From: Vicugna vicugna
Lineage: Eukaryota
Direction: 5' to 3'
DNA length: 60,000 bases
NCBI GenBank assembly: GCA_013265495.1
Contig: MU057719.1
Location: forward strand, 498,001 to 558,000
In this document: piece after piece, positions 13,180 to 25,123 of the stretch
Layout of the letters: each line of letters starts with the position of its first letter
Numbering within the stretch: the stretch's first letter is position 1
The notes under the pieces: model-generated
Told to the model about the DNA's origin: nothing
What the model saw: only the letters and a program-made list of their open reading frames with translations
Database searches by the model: none
Program-made: the position numbers and the translations under genes

Positions 13180-13520
13180 GTCATCTCGAGGGGAAGTGAC
13201 AGGGTCTTGGAGCCACTGCCTTGAAGGAGGCAGGGTGTGGCTCTTGGGTGGGTGGCTTCATCCTGGGTGCCAGGGAGTCCTGGAAGGAGTTGGAGAGAAC
13301 ACGATGTGCCTGGATTTGGCTTCAGAAACTTCTGCTGTGGCTGCAGTGCTGGGAGTGGATTGGAGGGCAGGTCTAGAGTCTGGGACGTTGGGGAGGAGGC
13401 GGATGTGGTCACCCCCGCAGGAAAGCTGATCGGGCCTGCCCTGGTGGGGGATGCAGGGTGGGGGAGGGAGAGAAACCAGGGGTCCAGGGCTGTGCAGAGC
13501 TGACCGTGGATCGGACACGG
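13180..13520 (-). mobile_element. L2 LINE relic
   Basis: gggagtcctggaaggagttgg...ctggatttggcttcagaaacttctgctgtggctgcagtgctgggagtggattggagggcagg resembles antisense L2. Confidence 0.5.
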
Positions 13521-16500
13521 GGTGATGAAGAGGGCGCCCTGGTGTGGGGCTCGGGCAGGGGCGTGGAGGGTGGGAAAAGCCCAGGCCCCGCCCTCGGGGT
13601 TGGCTTTGGCCGAGGGCCCAGGGAAGGCCCGGCTCTCCCGGCGGCCCGTCCGGGATCTGCCCTGACGGGAGTTGGGGGACGTTCCAGCCCCACCCTCTGT
13701 GCTGTCTGTCTGGCTTGGAGCTTCCTGCTTCTTTTCCAGTTTCCATGTGGCTGACCACAGCAGTGTCCAGGCTGGACTTTGTGGGGGGTGTGCCCACCTC
13801 TGCACCCTCCTTGCAGAGCCAGTCCACCAAGAGAAACACCTCTGGTTAGTGTGGGGCGTGATTCCCGACCCCTCCTCCCCTGGTCCTTCCGTTCTCATCG
13901 TGTTACCAGCTTTGCCTTCAAAGTCCATAGTTTCTGCAAAAGGTTATAAAGATGTAACCAGGGGCAGGCACGCTGGATCCCAGCTCTCCGGGGACCTGCA
14001 GACCCCCGTGCGCGGTTCATCTCCAGGCGAACACCACGGCCTTTGCAGAGACCCAGCAAAGCCGCCTCAAACCCCAGAAGACTTGGGTGTTGTTTCTAAG
14101 TGGTTTATGCCTGTGGAAAGAGTGGTTTTTCTTCAAAAGGGCATCGCCTCGGACGGCTTTCTTTGGGACTGCTTTATTGCTGTTGATCTGGTAAAGGTTT
14201 AATCAGGAAACGAGCGCGCAGCTGGTTCTGTGGAGGGTGAACGCAGCCTGCTTGGTTTTTGATTTTGGGGTGCTGGCCACACGTGAGCCAGCTCTCTGGG
14301 GCCTCCTTTTCCCAGGCCTGAGCTTGAGTGGTGCCTGAGCCAGGAGTGAGCCCAGGGGTGTCAGAGGTGGTCCGGGGGCCTCTGCCTGACTCCACGTAGG
14401 TGTCAGCGAGGAGTAGGTCCTCTCTTGGGCACCCACTCCGTTTCTGAGGGTCACCAGGGTCTGTGACGGGAGGCTGCGTGCAGCAGGAGGTTTGGACGTC
14501 GTCTGTGGCTGTCCCTGTTGAGGGCTGCCTGCACAGATGCAGCGTCATCCAGGGCCCCGGGCTGACCCCGTGGGTGGGGACCCTGGAGTGTCTGGGGCGC
14601 CCCCGGCAGCACGCTTCCCCCTCCGCGGGCCTGGTGTGGGCGGTGCCGGTACACATGTGTATTCCAGGCTGGCGGGTCTGTGTACACCCGGAGGAGAACG
14701 CCCTGTGCTCAGCTGTGCACACCCCGCTCTAGTTACGGAACTGGGCGGGGCCTGCCGGCGGAACCTGCTTGTCCCGCGTCCCCACACCTCTGCAGTCACC
14801 TGTCCTGGAGCCCTACAATCAGGCTGTGTCCGAGTCTGTTGGGCAGTCTTCCTGCTGAGACATGAAGTCGTGCTGCGCACCTGCAGGCGCCTCCCGCATA
14901 GGGTGACGTGACATTCATACACCCTCGTGAACAGGAGTGACGCCAGCTCCCGTGACTGGACATGTCTCCCAGGCCACGTCTGAGGCAGGGCCCCTCCCTT
15001 AGCAGCCTGCCCCACCGAGGCGGGGGCTGTGCTGTCCCGGCCCGCCCAGGGCGCCTCACCCCTACCCGCCCGCCCTCGGCTCTGACCAGTGGCGTCTCCT
15101 GGTCTTCCGGTGAGTCCCGGCTGCAGACTCTGCTGTGGGTTCGCGTCCCTGATCGGTCATTAATTAATACTCAGGGAAGAAATGCTCTTTTCACTGAGCC
15201 TCTGGGTGCTGGGACCTGATGACTCCTGTTTCAAGGGAAGGGAGCCCCGCTTGCCCGTGTCCCCCTGGGGTCTGCCATGCATTTCGGGAAGGAGCCAGCC
15301 CTCTGTGTGCAGCCCAGGTCCTACCACATTCCCTTCACCCTCGCAGCCCTCGAAGGGCCATTGCTGCAAGAATTAAGTATTTTCTCCTGTAAATAATTCA
15401 CAGGATTCTCATGGGTGAAAACAATCAGTCCCTAAACTAAAAGTTACCGTCGTTAAAGCCGCACACGGCGACACCCATTACTGACTGCAGGTGAACCGAG
15501 GCCTGCAGAAGCAGGGTCTGGGGCACAGGCAGGCTCAGGATGACAGGCAGGGACCCCGAGGTGCAGGGAAGTCCGGACGTGGGAGTCCAGACTCCCAGCG
15601 TAACAGGGAAGATAATTTCAGCGAAATAAAACTGAAAGGTGAAGCCAACAAAACCCCACATCAAACTTTGATCTCTAGAAACCGTTCAAGGAATTAACTC
15701 CTGGAGCAGAGCTCCTGTCGAATGGCGTGTCCAGGTTCCTCTGTGTTGATAGAGTCATCTCTGAGGTGTGGGTGTTCCCAGTGTAGAGCCCGGCTGGAGC
15801 CTTGCAGGCGGGCGCAGGCCTCCCCGGCTGTGCTCAGAGGCGGAGCTGGGAGGGAGGGTCTGGGCGGGCGTCCCTGGGCAGCGTGACCTGCGGGCCACCT
15901 GGGCAGTGGGGGACGGAGCCCCTCTCTGCAGAGGAGTCCCACCCCTGTGCCAAGGGGAGCGGGTGGTTCCTGCATCTTCATCCCTGTCTTTATGCCCGGC
16001 CGCGTGTTTTGGAACCTCTGCTGCTGGGGCCCGTGAGGGTCAGAGAGGGGAGCGGGTGGGCAGAGGTGGGGCTGGGTGTCTCCCCTGTGGTCTGCCTGCT
16101 CCCCTGACTCTCTGGGCCAGCTTATTTTGCTGCATCTGTGCCCAGCCTCTGGCTTCCAGGAGGCCACCTGGGTGGGGACGATGGTGACCGAGGGCCATTA
16201 GGAGGGGGTGTCCCGGGACGGAGCTGTCAGGAGATGGGGGACGATCAATGCTAGGGGTCTGCGTGGGCCTGTGGGACGAGGAGTCAGGCTGGGGGTCTTC
16301 TGGGGGGTGCCCTTTCCCCGCTCCAGGCCTAGGGCCGGGTGCAGCGTGAGGGGTGGCTCTGCTCCGGGCGACCTCTGGGGGTCCGAGGCTGCCCTTCCGC
16401 GCCCCTTCAGACTTGCTGGTTCACGGCGTGCCAATTCCCACGTGGCTTTCAGTGGCCCAGACCACTTGAGTATGGTTTGTCCTTGTTTCTTAAAGAGCGA

Positions 16501-18004
16501 GGTGCTACTGGCCGCGCCGTCCCCCGGGCTGGCCGGTGGGGCTGGAAGTGGGGGATGAAACCGGCCGCCGCTGTGCGTGCCGTGGGAACCAGAGGTCAGC
16601 CGCTGGGCCCTGCCGGGCCCTCCCGGCCAGTGTTCTCCCGGGCAGCCCCGCTCCGTGTCGGGAAGGAGGGTGGGTGGCTGTTGCTGGCCCTCGAGCAGGA
16701 GCAGGAGCCGGAGCCATGCTGCTCCTGCCAGAGTGTGAGGCCTGGGGAAGGGGCCAGGCACACACCCGCTTGGTGCCCCAGGTGTCCTGAGTCGTGACCA
16801 GAGCAGAGGGGGTTTCCAGGCCTTTCGTGGGGTCTGCAGCTCCAGACACCAGTGTTCCTCGACCCTAGTTCTCATCATGGGGCCTGGCCCGCCTCTGGGT
16901 GCCAGGCTGTTAGACAGAGAGCCAGGCTCCCCACTGAAGAGCTGCATTCTCCCTCCGCTGCTCTTGGCTCCTCGGTCGCATGCTGACCCCCAGTTTCACT
17001 GGGGGCTCCACACTGTGGTCCGGGGCCCAGCCTGCCTGAGCTGAGGACAGGGAGGGGCATGCGGGCACGGCTGCCGCGGGGGCGCAGCTGGATTAGAGAT
17101 GTCTGCCGAGGCGTGGGTGATGGAGGGGGCGCTCTCCGCTTCTCTGCCTTCCCTGGTGGAAGGGAAGGCCGTCGGCCTCGGAGCCTGCCCTGGGGTACCC
17201 AGCCGTGTGACCTCCTTCCTTCCTCTGAGCGCCTGCCTCTCAGATTCCTCCAAGTCCAGCCCAAGCTCCCGCCTTGGACGACCTCCCCTGCTCGGTGTGG
17301 CCGGCTCCGCTTCTGCCCTGTTGGTGCCGGCCCTGAGGGGCCTTCATTCCCTGGTCTGGCACACAGGGGGCACCTGAAGGGCCTGTCTTCCCAAGGGAGC
17401 TGCTGCTCCCCTCTGATCTCCTGCACCTGGGACCCCTTCTCCTCAGGTCTGGGACCCCTTTGCTGAACAGAGGGTGTTGAGAAGCACCAAGGCCCGGGCT
17501 GGCAGGACATCTGATGTAAACTGTCCAGAGAGAGGAAGGAGGCTCTCCTTCACGTAGGGCACCTCCTTTCTCTGCGCTGGTGGCGTTTGCCGGCTCCCAG
17601 CGGAGAGAAGACCTAAGACCGTCAGCCCCCCGTGTCGGACGGGTACTGGATTTCCTGGTGGAGGTGGTAACTGGCGGTGCTGCTCAGTGGAGGCAGGTTC
17701 AGGGCGAAGCCTCGTGGAGCGATTCTCCGGGTTGGAGGTCCTTTGACCAGGGCTCAGGGTGAGCCTCTGGGTGAGCAGCGCCCCGGCCGCCTCGGCCTTT
17801 GTCTGGGGGTGGGGGCCTCTCCGGGGAGCGGGGGCGGCGGGGAAGTAGGTCTCGAGTCTCTCGTGGTTTAGAATTGAAACTGGGAGGTGGTGGAAGTCCC
17901 CTCAGATCAGACCTTCTTGGGCCTGAGCAGCCCCAGGGAAGGGCCAGGGCAAAGGAGGTGCCTCGGAGTGAGGCCCAGAGGCGGGGACCGGGCTCCCCTG
18001 AGCG

Positions 18005-18430
18005 TCCTGTCCTGGCGAAGTGCTGTAGACTGGGGGCTCACACAGCAGACTCTGTTCTCCCAGTTCTGGACGGCGGCGGTCAGGGATCCAGGTGTGGGCG
18101 GGGCTGCGCTCACCCCGGGGGCTCCGGGGAGGGCCCTCCTGCCTCTCCCAGCTTTCGGGGCCCCCGCGGCCCCCTCGCTTGTCCCAGGGCAGACTGCCCT
18201 CGTCTCAGGCAGCTCCTCCTCCGTGTGCGCCTCTCCTCGCCTGTCTGGAGAAAGGACACTGTTCGCTGGGTGTTGGGCCCAGCCTGATCCCGGGTGTTTT
18301 CCTCTCGAGGTCTTTACCTCAGTTACACCTGACCTTATTCCAAATAAGGCCAGACCGTGCAGTTCTGGGGGTGAGGACAGGGATATGTCTTTGATTTTGG
18401 GAGGGAGGGAACCTAGGTCCACCCACTGCA
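18005..18430 (-). mobile_element. MaLR LTR (MLT1B/C-like)
   Basis: ctcccagttctgga...caggtgtgggcggggctgcgctc...gaccttattccaaataaggcca...gttctgggggtgaggac...cccactgca. Confidence 0.75.
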
Positions 18431-18925
18431 CCCTGCTTCCTCTTTCTCCTATGCACACGTTGACTGGGTACTTGGTGCCTCGGAGTCCTGGGCTCCTGGT
18501 GGGGAGGGATGCAGGGTTCAGGGGCCTTACTGAATGGCTGGGCTAGGGGCCAGAGTGTCGGAGAGGTGCGGACTGAGAGGTGGGTGCCCCCGGGAAGGGA
18601 GGGGGCTGGCAGGTGTCTGGGAGGAGGTGGTGTGTTGGCTGGGCCAAGTCAGATGGGCCCAAGGTCAATGAGGTTGGTCTGGGAGAAGCGTGGGGCTGGG
18701 GGGCCCTTGTGGTCTGCAGCTGGTCGGCTGCACTCAGTTCTCACCCCTTTGAACCGCTCTGCTGCCTTCTCACTTCCCTCCGCAGCCCCCGCCCCCTTCT
18801 CCGGAAAATAACCCCTGGGGTGGGGGTGGGGCAGGCTGGCAGGTGGGTGGGCACCTTGCTGACCCATCCTGGGAGCTTCGGTTTAATGTTTAACTAAGGG
18901 TCTCTCCCGTGGTGGGTGGGCAAGG

Positions 18926-19471
18926 GGTGGGTGATGGTTGGATGGGTGCATGAAGGTGGGGGATGGATGGTTGGATGGATGGTTGGATTGTTGGATGGAT
19001 GAAGGTGGGAGATGGGTGGATGGTTGGATGGATGAAGGTGGGGGATGGATGGATGGTTGGATGGATGAAGGTGGGGATGGATGGGTGGATGGTTAGATGG
19101 TTGGATGTTTGGTTGGATGGATGAAGGTGGGGGATGGTTGGATGGATGAAGGGGGATGGATGGATGGATGTTGGATGGATGGAGGTGGGGGGTGGATGGA
19201 TGGATGAAGGGGGATGGATGGATGGATGTTGGATGGATGAAGGTGGGGGATGGATGGATGGATGAAGGTGGGAGACGGATGGTTGGATGGATGAAGGTGG
19301 GGGATGGATGGATGGATGTTGGATGGTTGAATGGGGATGGATGGATGTTGGATGGATGAAGGTGGGAGATGGATGGATGGTTGGATGGATGAAGGTGGGG
19401 GATGGTGGATGTTGGATGGATGAAGGTGGGGGATGGATGGATGGATGGTTGGATGGATGAAGGTGGGGGTG
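18926..19471. repeat. (GGAT)n-based complex satellite with GAAGGTGGGG spacers
   Basis: Recurring ggatggatgaaggtgggggatggatggatg(g)tt units over about 550 bp. Confidence 0.97.
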
Positions 19472-20129
19472 GAAACAGGGCTTTGGTCCTCCTTGGCTCA
19501 GCCATCTCCCTTTGGTGGTGCCCATCCGGGCTGAAGGCTGTGGGTTGTGGCGATCATGTTTGGTGGCCCCACCACGATGAACCTCTAGTGGAGGTCGAGC
19601 CTTTGGCCCCAAGTGAGAGGAGCAGGGCCTCTGAGGATCAGCTCAGACTGTCATGCAAATACAGCAGTGAAACTGTGGAAACAACCAGACTATCCAGCAG
19701 GGGGTAGGGGTGGGGACTGGGGGGCAGGGGATGTAGAAGACGGGCCAGGCAGGGTGGGGGCAGATTCCACGCCCCTAGCCTGGGAGCCGGTGCTCGTGTT
19801 GCCGGTGAGGAAATGCCAGGGCTCAGACTGATGAGCTATTCCCAGCAGTCAGTTTTGTTTAAAAGAAATGCAGAGTCAAGAAGCAGAGCAGAGAAAGCCC
19901 CGGAGCAGCTAAGTGGAGCTTCAGGCTTTACGGTGGGAGCGCCTGTGGGTTTTGCTTTAGTCCACGCCCCCCCTTCTCTGGGAGACGTTTCTACTGGGAG
20001 AAAAGACAGAGCCACGTTGTTCCCTGTTAAACCTGCGCAGGACCCCCGGCAGCCGGCAAGGGGGGGCCCCTCCGTGCCCGTCTGGGCCTCAGTTCCCCAC
20101 CTGCTAAGGGGGGGTATTCCAGCCCAAGA

Positions 20130-20560
20130 GCCCCGGAAACGCCGAGACCAGAGGGACCGGCCGCTGCCTGAGCCCTGGGCGCGCAGGCTGGGGAGCGCGC
20201 GGCCGGCGCTGAGGCCCGCCCTCCGCGTGCACGCGGGCAGGTGGGGCCGGCGCCGGCCCCGCCCTCCTGCGCCCTGCCTCCCTGCCCGGCTGCCCCCCCC
20301 CCCCCACGAGTGTGCAGCTGCGGCCGCGAATACTCCTGACCCGCGGTTCGGGGGGAGGGCCCAGCTGCTCGCCTGGCGAACAATGGCGCCCCCGCCCCGC
20401 CCCGCTGGGGGGCAGCGCTGGGGGAGGGGCCGCTGGCGCTGGTGCGGCTGGGATTTCCAGAAAGCGCAGCGTCTCGCTGATCTCCGTTTTCTGACTGTCA
20501 GAAGGTGACGTCCTCAGACACTCGCTGGCTGCGGCCTGTGTTTTTAATCCGTGCCCGGGT
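20130..20560. promoter_or_regulatory. Intronic CpG-island-like segment with GC boxes
   Basis: Dense CpG (gcgcgcggccggcgc, ccgcgtgcacgcggg) and a GC-box run cccgccccgccccgc at about 20390-20405. Confidence 0.5.
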
Positions 20561-21017
20561 CGCACTCCTCCCCAAGCCCCATCCACGGCGGAGGAATCTT
20601 TTTGAGGAGTCTTGAAAGTAACACCTACTCACTGGAAAAGTGGAGAGAAGAAACACCTTAGAAGGAGGAAGTTCCCTGGACTCCTGCCCCGCGAAGGCCT
20701 GTCCCTGCCGCTGCGAGGCCCCCAGACCCCCTGTGTCCATCCGGGGCTGCATTTGTTCCTCTTCCCAGGGGAGCCGGAGACCCTCCCGTGCGACGGGAGG
20801 CTGTGGGTGGTGGGCACAGGGGCAGGGAAGGCTGGGGACGGTGTGGGGGGTGGGCACAGGGGGGGCCCAAAGGAATCACCTGCTCCCTGCTGGGGGGCTC
20901 ATGCTGGGGGGGGCCCATGCTGGTAGCCCTTTGCAGCGTGCGGCCCCGCAGCACCAAGAACGTGCACACTGCTGTGTGGTCATCACCACCGTCCCTGCCG
21001 TGGCTCTCTTCATCCTG

Positions 21018-21087
21018 TAAAACTGAAGCTCTGCCCCTGAAACAACTTCCCATAAAACTGAAGCTCTGCCCCTGAAACAACTTCCCA
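21018..21087. repeat. Perfect 35-bp tandem duplication inside L1
   Basis: taaaactgaagctctgcccctgaaacaacttccca at 21018-21052 and 21053-21087. Confidence 0.95.
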
Positions 21088-21326
21088 TTCCCCTCCCCGA
21101 CCCCCAGCAGCCACCCGCTGCCATCTGTCTGTAGGGTTTTGACTCCTCTGGGGACCCCATATAAGTGGACTCTTACAAGATTTGTCTCTTGGTGACTGGC
21201 TTCTTGCACTGAGAACTACATCCTTAGGTCCACCCTGTAGCGTGTGTCAGGAGGGGCTTCCTTTTTAAGGCTGAGTAATAGTCCCTTGTAGGGCTAGACC
21301 ACGTTTTATTTATCCACTTAACTGTT

Positions 21327-21956
21327 TTTTTTTATTGTTAAAAATTTTTTGTCATTGAAGTATAGTCAGTCTGCAATGTTGTGTCAATTTCTGGTGGACA
21401 GCATGGTGTTTCAGTCATCACGTACATACATATATTTGTTTACATATTCTTTTTCATTATAGGTTACTACAAGATACTGAATATAGTTCCCTATGCTGTG
21501 CAGAGGAAAATTTTTCTTTATTTGTTTTATGTATAGTTGTTAGTATTTGCAAATTTCAAACTCCTAATTTATCCCTTCCCACCCCCTTTGCCCTCTGGTG
21601 ACTATAAGACTGTTTACTATGTCTGAATCTGTTTCTCTTTTGTAGATGAGTTCATTAGTGTCTTCTTTTTTCTCTTTTTCTTTTTTCAGATTCCTCATAT
21701 AAGTGATACTGTATAGTATTTTTCTTTCTCCTTCTGGCTTACTTCACTTAGAATGACGATCTCCAGGTCCATCCATGTTGCTGCAAATGGCATTATTTTG
21801 TTCTTTTTTATGGCTGAGTAGTATTCCATTGTATAAATACACTGCATCTTCTTTATCCAGTCATCTGTTGATGGACGTTTAGGTTGCTTCTATGTGTTGG
21901 CTGTTGTATAGAGTGCTGCTGGGAACACTGGCATGCATGTGTCTTTTTGAATTTGA
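21327..21956 (-). mobile_element. Younger 5'-truncated LINE-1 (cetartiodactyl-type 3' end) nested in the older L1
   Basis: T-rich tail followed by attgaagtatagtcagt...gaatatagttccctatgct...tccaggtccatccatgttgctgcaaatggcatta. Flanked by a degenerate 16-bp TSD (21311-21326 / 21957-21972). Confidence 0.88.
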
Positions 21957-24754
21957 TACCCACCTACCTGTTGATAGATGGGTTGCTTCTGTGTTCTTTG
22001 GCTTTGTGAATAATGCTGCTTTGAATATGAGTGTACAGATGTCTCTTTGAGGCTCTGCTTTCAATTCTTTTGGGTCTATACCTGAAAGTGGAATTGCTGG
22101 GTCATAGGGTGATTTTCTTTTTCTTTCTTTTTTTTGAAGAACCTCTGTACTGTTTTCCACTACGGCTGCAGCATTTTACATTCCTGCCAACAGTGCACGA
22201 GGTCCCAGTGTGTCTGCACCCTCACCAGCACTTGTTTTCTGTTTTGTTGACGGTTGCTACTCTAATGTGTGTGGGGTTGTATCTCACTCAGACCAGCACT
22301 AAGCTGTGGGACCCCCTCCCTCCCCACTCTCCCATGACCTTGTGAGGAGGTCAGCCTCCTCGGAGCTACCATTCAGGTAGGCTCTGAGAGGGGCAGCCCT
22401 GTCCCGGGACCCCTGGTGAGCTCTGTGCCCGGCGTGGGTGTGTCCCCAGTGTCCTGCTGCCCTCCCAGGCTGACAGTGGTGACTAAGACGGGACAGGAGA
22501 GGCCCAGAGAGGGTGAGGTGAGGCTGGATTCCAGAGAGTTCTGTGGTGCCTTGTGCCCCGTTGGAGAGTGGAGGCCTCTCGTGGCTCGAGGCCGGGCTGG
22601 CCTCCCTGAGCCCGAGGTCAGTGGCAGTTGGATCTACTTGGGAACAACAGTTTCTTCCCCACGTGAACAGAGGAGCGAGTTCAGAGGAGCGAGTTTGGGA
22701 GCCACGCCGGAGACTTGCTATGTCAAGGGCACCGTGTGCAGCGGAGGCCCCGGGGGGCGAGGAGGCAGGGAGCCTGGTGCTAGCATTGGAGCCAGACCCT
22801 CACCTCGGCTTCTTCATGGAGGGCCTGGCCCTGCGGGCCCCCGGAAGCTGGGCTGAGAAAGATGCCTGAGTCTTTGGGGCATGTGTAGTGTGTATTTGGC
22901 TGAAGGATTGTGACCGGAGGGGCAGGGACTCCGGCAGGTTGTAGACGCAGGGCCTGGACGTCGCTCCCGGGAGGGCCCGCCTCTTCCCGGCAGGCCACGC
23001 CTGGCAGGCGTCCTGGCCTCCGTGCTCCTGGCCCGGCGGCGTGTCTGCTTCCCATCCCGTGGGTGTCCTCTGGGGCCGTGGGAGGGGCAAGTAAGTGCCT
23101 TCTGTCCTCTCCTAGCTAAGCTTACGTGTGAGGCACACACGGCAGTCTGCTGAAAATAAAGTCCAGTTAAAAACAGGAAAAACGTGCTTACATTTTACCC
23201 TCAACTTGCCTGGACATCAGAACCATTGCCTTCAGTCCACGTCCACCTGCAGACATTTCTGTGCTCGGCCTCATTCCTCACGATGCAGGCACAGACCCCA
23301 TCGCCCTGCGAGGCTGGTGTGGGAGTGGATGAGCGGGGGGCGCAGGAAGCCCGCCTTCCATTCCTGGGTGGGGAGCAGTCCCATCCCCGCTGGAGTTTCC
23401 CAGGGATGTGCCTGATATTGGCCCAGATTTCACTGAGCACCTACTACGTGCTGCTCCTGCCCTGGACACTTTGGGTTCTTTCCAGCACCTCGGGAGAGAT
23501 GCTTCTTGAAACTCCCTGTGGCACCTGCAGAGAGCGGGGCAGCAGGGGAGCATCGCCTGCTTTGGCTGTTGCGTGGACACTGTTCCCTGTTGGGCCTTGC
23601 TGGCCAGCCCTGGGGTGACCCCCTCCATCCCCGCTCGGTGACAGCTGATTCAGCAGCCTTGGTGGGGACGGCAGGCCCTCAGCAGGTGGCCCGTGGACGA
23701 ACGGACCTTGGCTGTGGTGTGTGTCTCTGTCATGCTGCTTCTCAGAGCTGCTGGGAGCCGTGGGGATGATAACGGAACGTGACATCTTGTCCTCTCTTCT
23801 CGCAGTGATGTGTGCTGACTTCTGAGCGCCCAGTGTGGGCCTTGAATGACAGTTCCTGCAGCATTTGTGGCACCTTGGAGAAGGATGTGCGTCTCTGGTG
23901 TCCGTGACGGGTGATGAGACCTTAAACATGCCGCCTGTACCGCGCTGGTTTCCCGCACGTGGGAGGCCACTTGCGTGTGAGGGGATCTCGGCTGCCTCTG
24001 GGTGCTGGTTCCAGCCCCTGGCTGAGCAGGGGCGTGGCTCGCTGAGCAGGGTCCTCCTCCTGGGGTGGCCGGTGTTGGTTCCCTGCTTTTGGGGTGTTCA
24101 AGCCAGGCACCTTCCCAAAGAAGACTGGGAGGCAGCCGTGGACAGGCAGGTCTGGGGGCCTGAGACGGGCGGTCAGCCTAGAGCTGGGGTCATGGTGGGC
24201 GGAGCACCCAAGGACGGTGTGGCCGGGGGAGGTGTCAGGTTGTGAACTCAGATGTCTCCGCCTGAAAGCTGTCTGGGTCTGCTGAGCCCCCCACCCCAAT
24301 CTGGGGTCCAAAGCTGGAGCCAGGTCCCATGATGTCCAGAGCAGGGGCGGCAAGGGGGCGGGGGTGGGGCCCAGCACGGCGCTTCCTGACTTCGCTACCT
24401 GGCTGGATTCTCTCTGGGGCCCTGGCCCTGCAAGTAGGTTGGCCCTGGGGGTCAAAACCACAGTTGCTGAGGGCCCCAGGGTGCCAGGTCTGGGGTCTGG
24501 GGCCCCCCGCTGAGTAGGGCCACGGGGAAACCTGTAAGCAGCAGGAACGGCAGGTGGGAGAAACCAGGGGTTTTGCCTCAGTTTCTCATTGGAACCCTCT
24601 TTATTCGTCTGTTCATCAGCCATCCGTCCACTGCCTAGACCTCTGATGAGGGCCTGCGGGTGGGACATTGCCTGTAGTGTTGAGGTCGTGGAACGAATGG
24701 TTCAGGGCTTCCGGGCACCTCCCACCGGCCAGAACCTCGGGCTGCTGGGACGGG

Positions 24755-25123
24755 ACCCCAGGCCACATGCTGCCGTCCACAGGAGTTCCTTCCCGCCCGG
24801 TTCTGGGGTCCAGACGTCCGGATCCAGGTGCCGCCGGGATCTCTCAGGACACTCCAGGGGTGGCGGGTCCTTCCGCCTCTCCTAGCTCCAGGTGGCCCGG
24901 GTGTTCCTGGGCTGTGGCTGCATCACCCTGACTGCTCCATCCTCCAGCCCCTCCTCTCTCTGCACCTCTCCTCTGTGTGCCTCTTAGAAGGACCCACTGG
25001 GTGGTCTCATCTCAAGATCCTTAATTACGTCTGTTAAGACCCTTTTCCCTAATAAGGTCATAGTCACACGCTCTGGGGGTCAGGGCATGGCATCTTCTTG
25101 GGGACTGCCTTTCAAGCCACTGC
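24755..25123 (-). mobile_element. MaLR LTR (MLT1C-like)
   Basis: The reverse complement begins tgcagtggcttgaa...gaccttattagggaaaagggtcttaacagacgtaattaaggatcttgagatgaga. Confidence 0.8.

Larger units (their letters stand above)
20925..22290 (-). mobile_element. Older LINE-1 (L1MB-like) 3' UTR and ORF2 C-terminus, interrupted by a younger L1 at 21327-21956
   Basis: 3' UTR motifs (ataagtgga, tttgtctcttggtgactggcttctt, tttttaaggctgagtaatagtc). ORF 21879..22160 encodes PYDPAIPLSGIDPKELKAE...DICTLIFKAALFT, which is L1 ORF2 C-terminus-like. Confidence 0.85.

Noticed and set aside
18890..19612. His/Pro/Ser/Ile-rich 240-aa and 203-aa ORFs
   Set aside because: These are translations of the (ATCC)n satellite strand.
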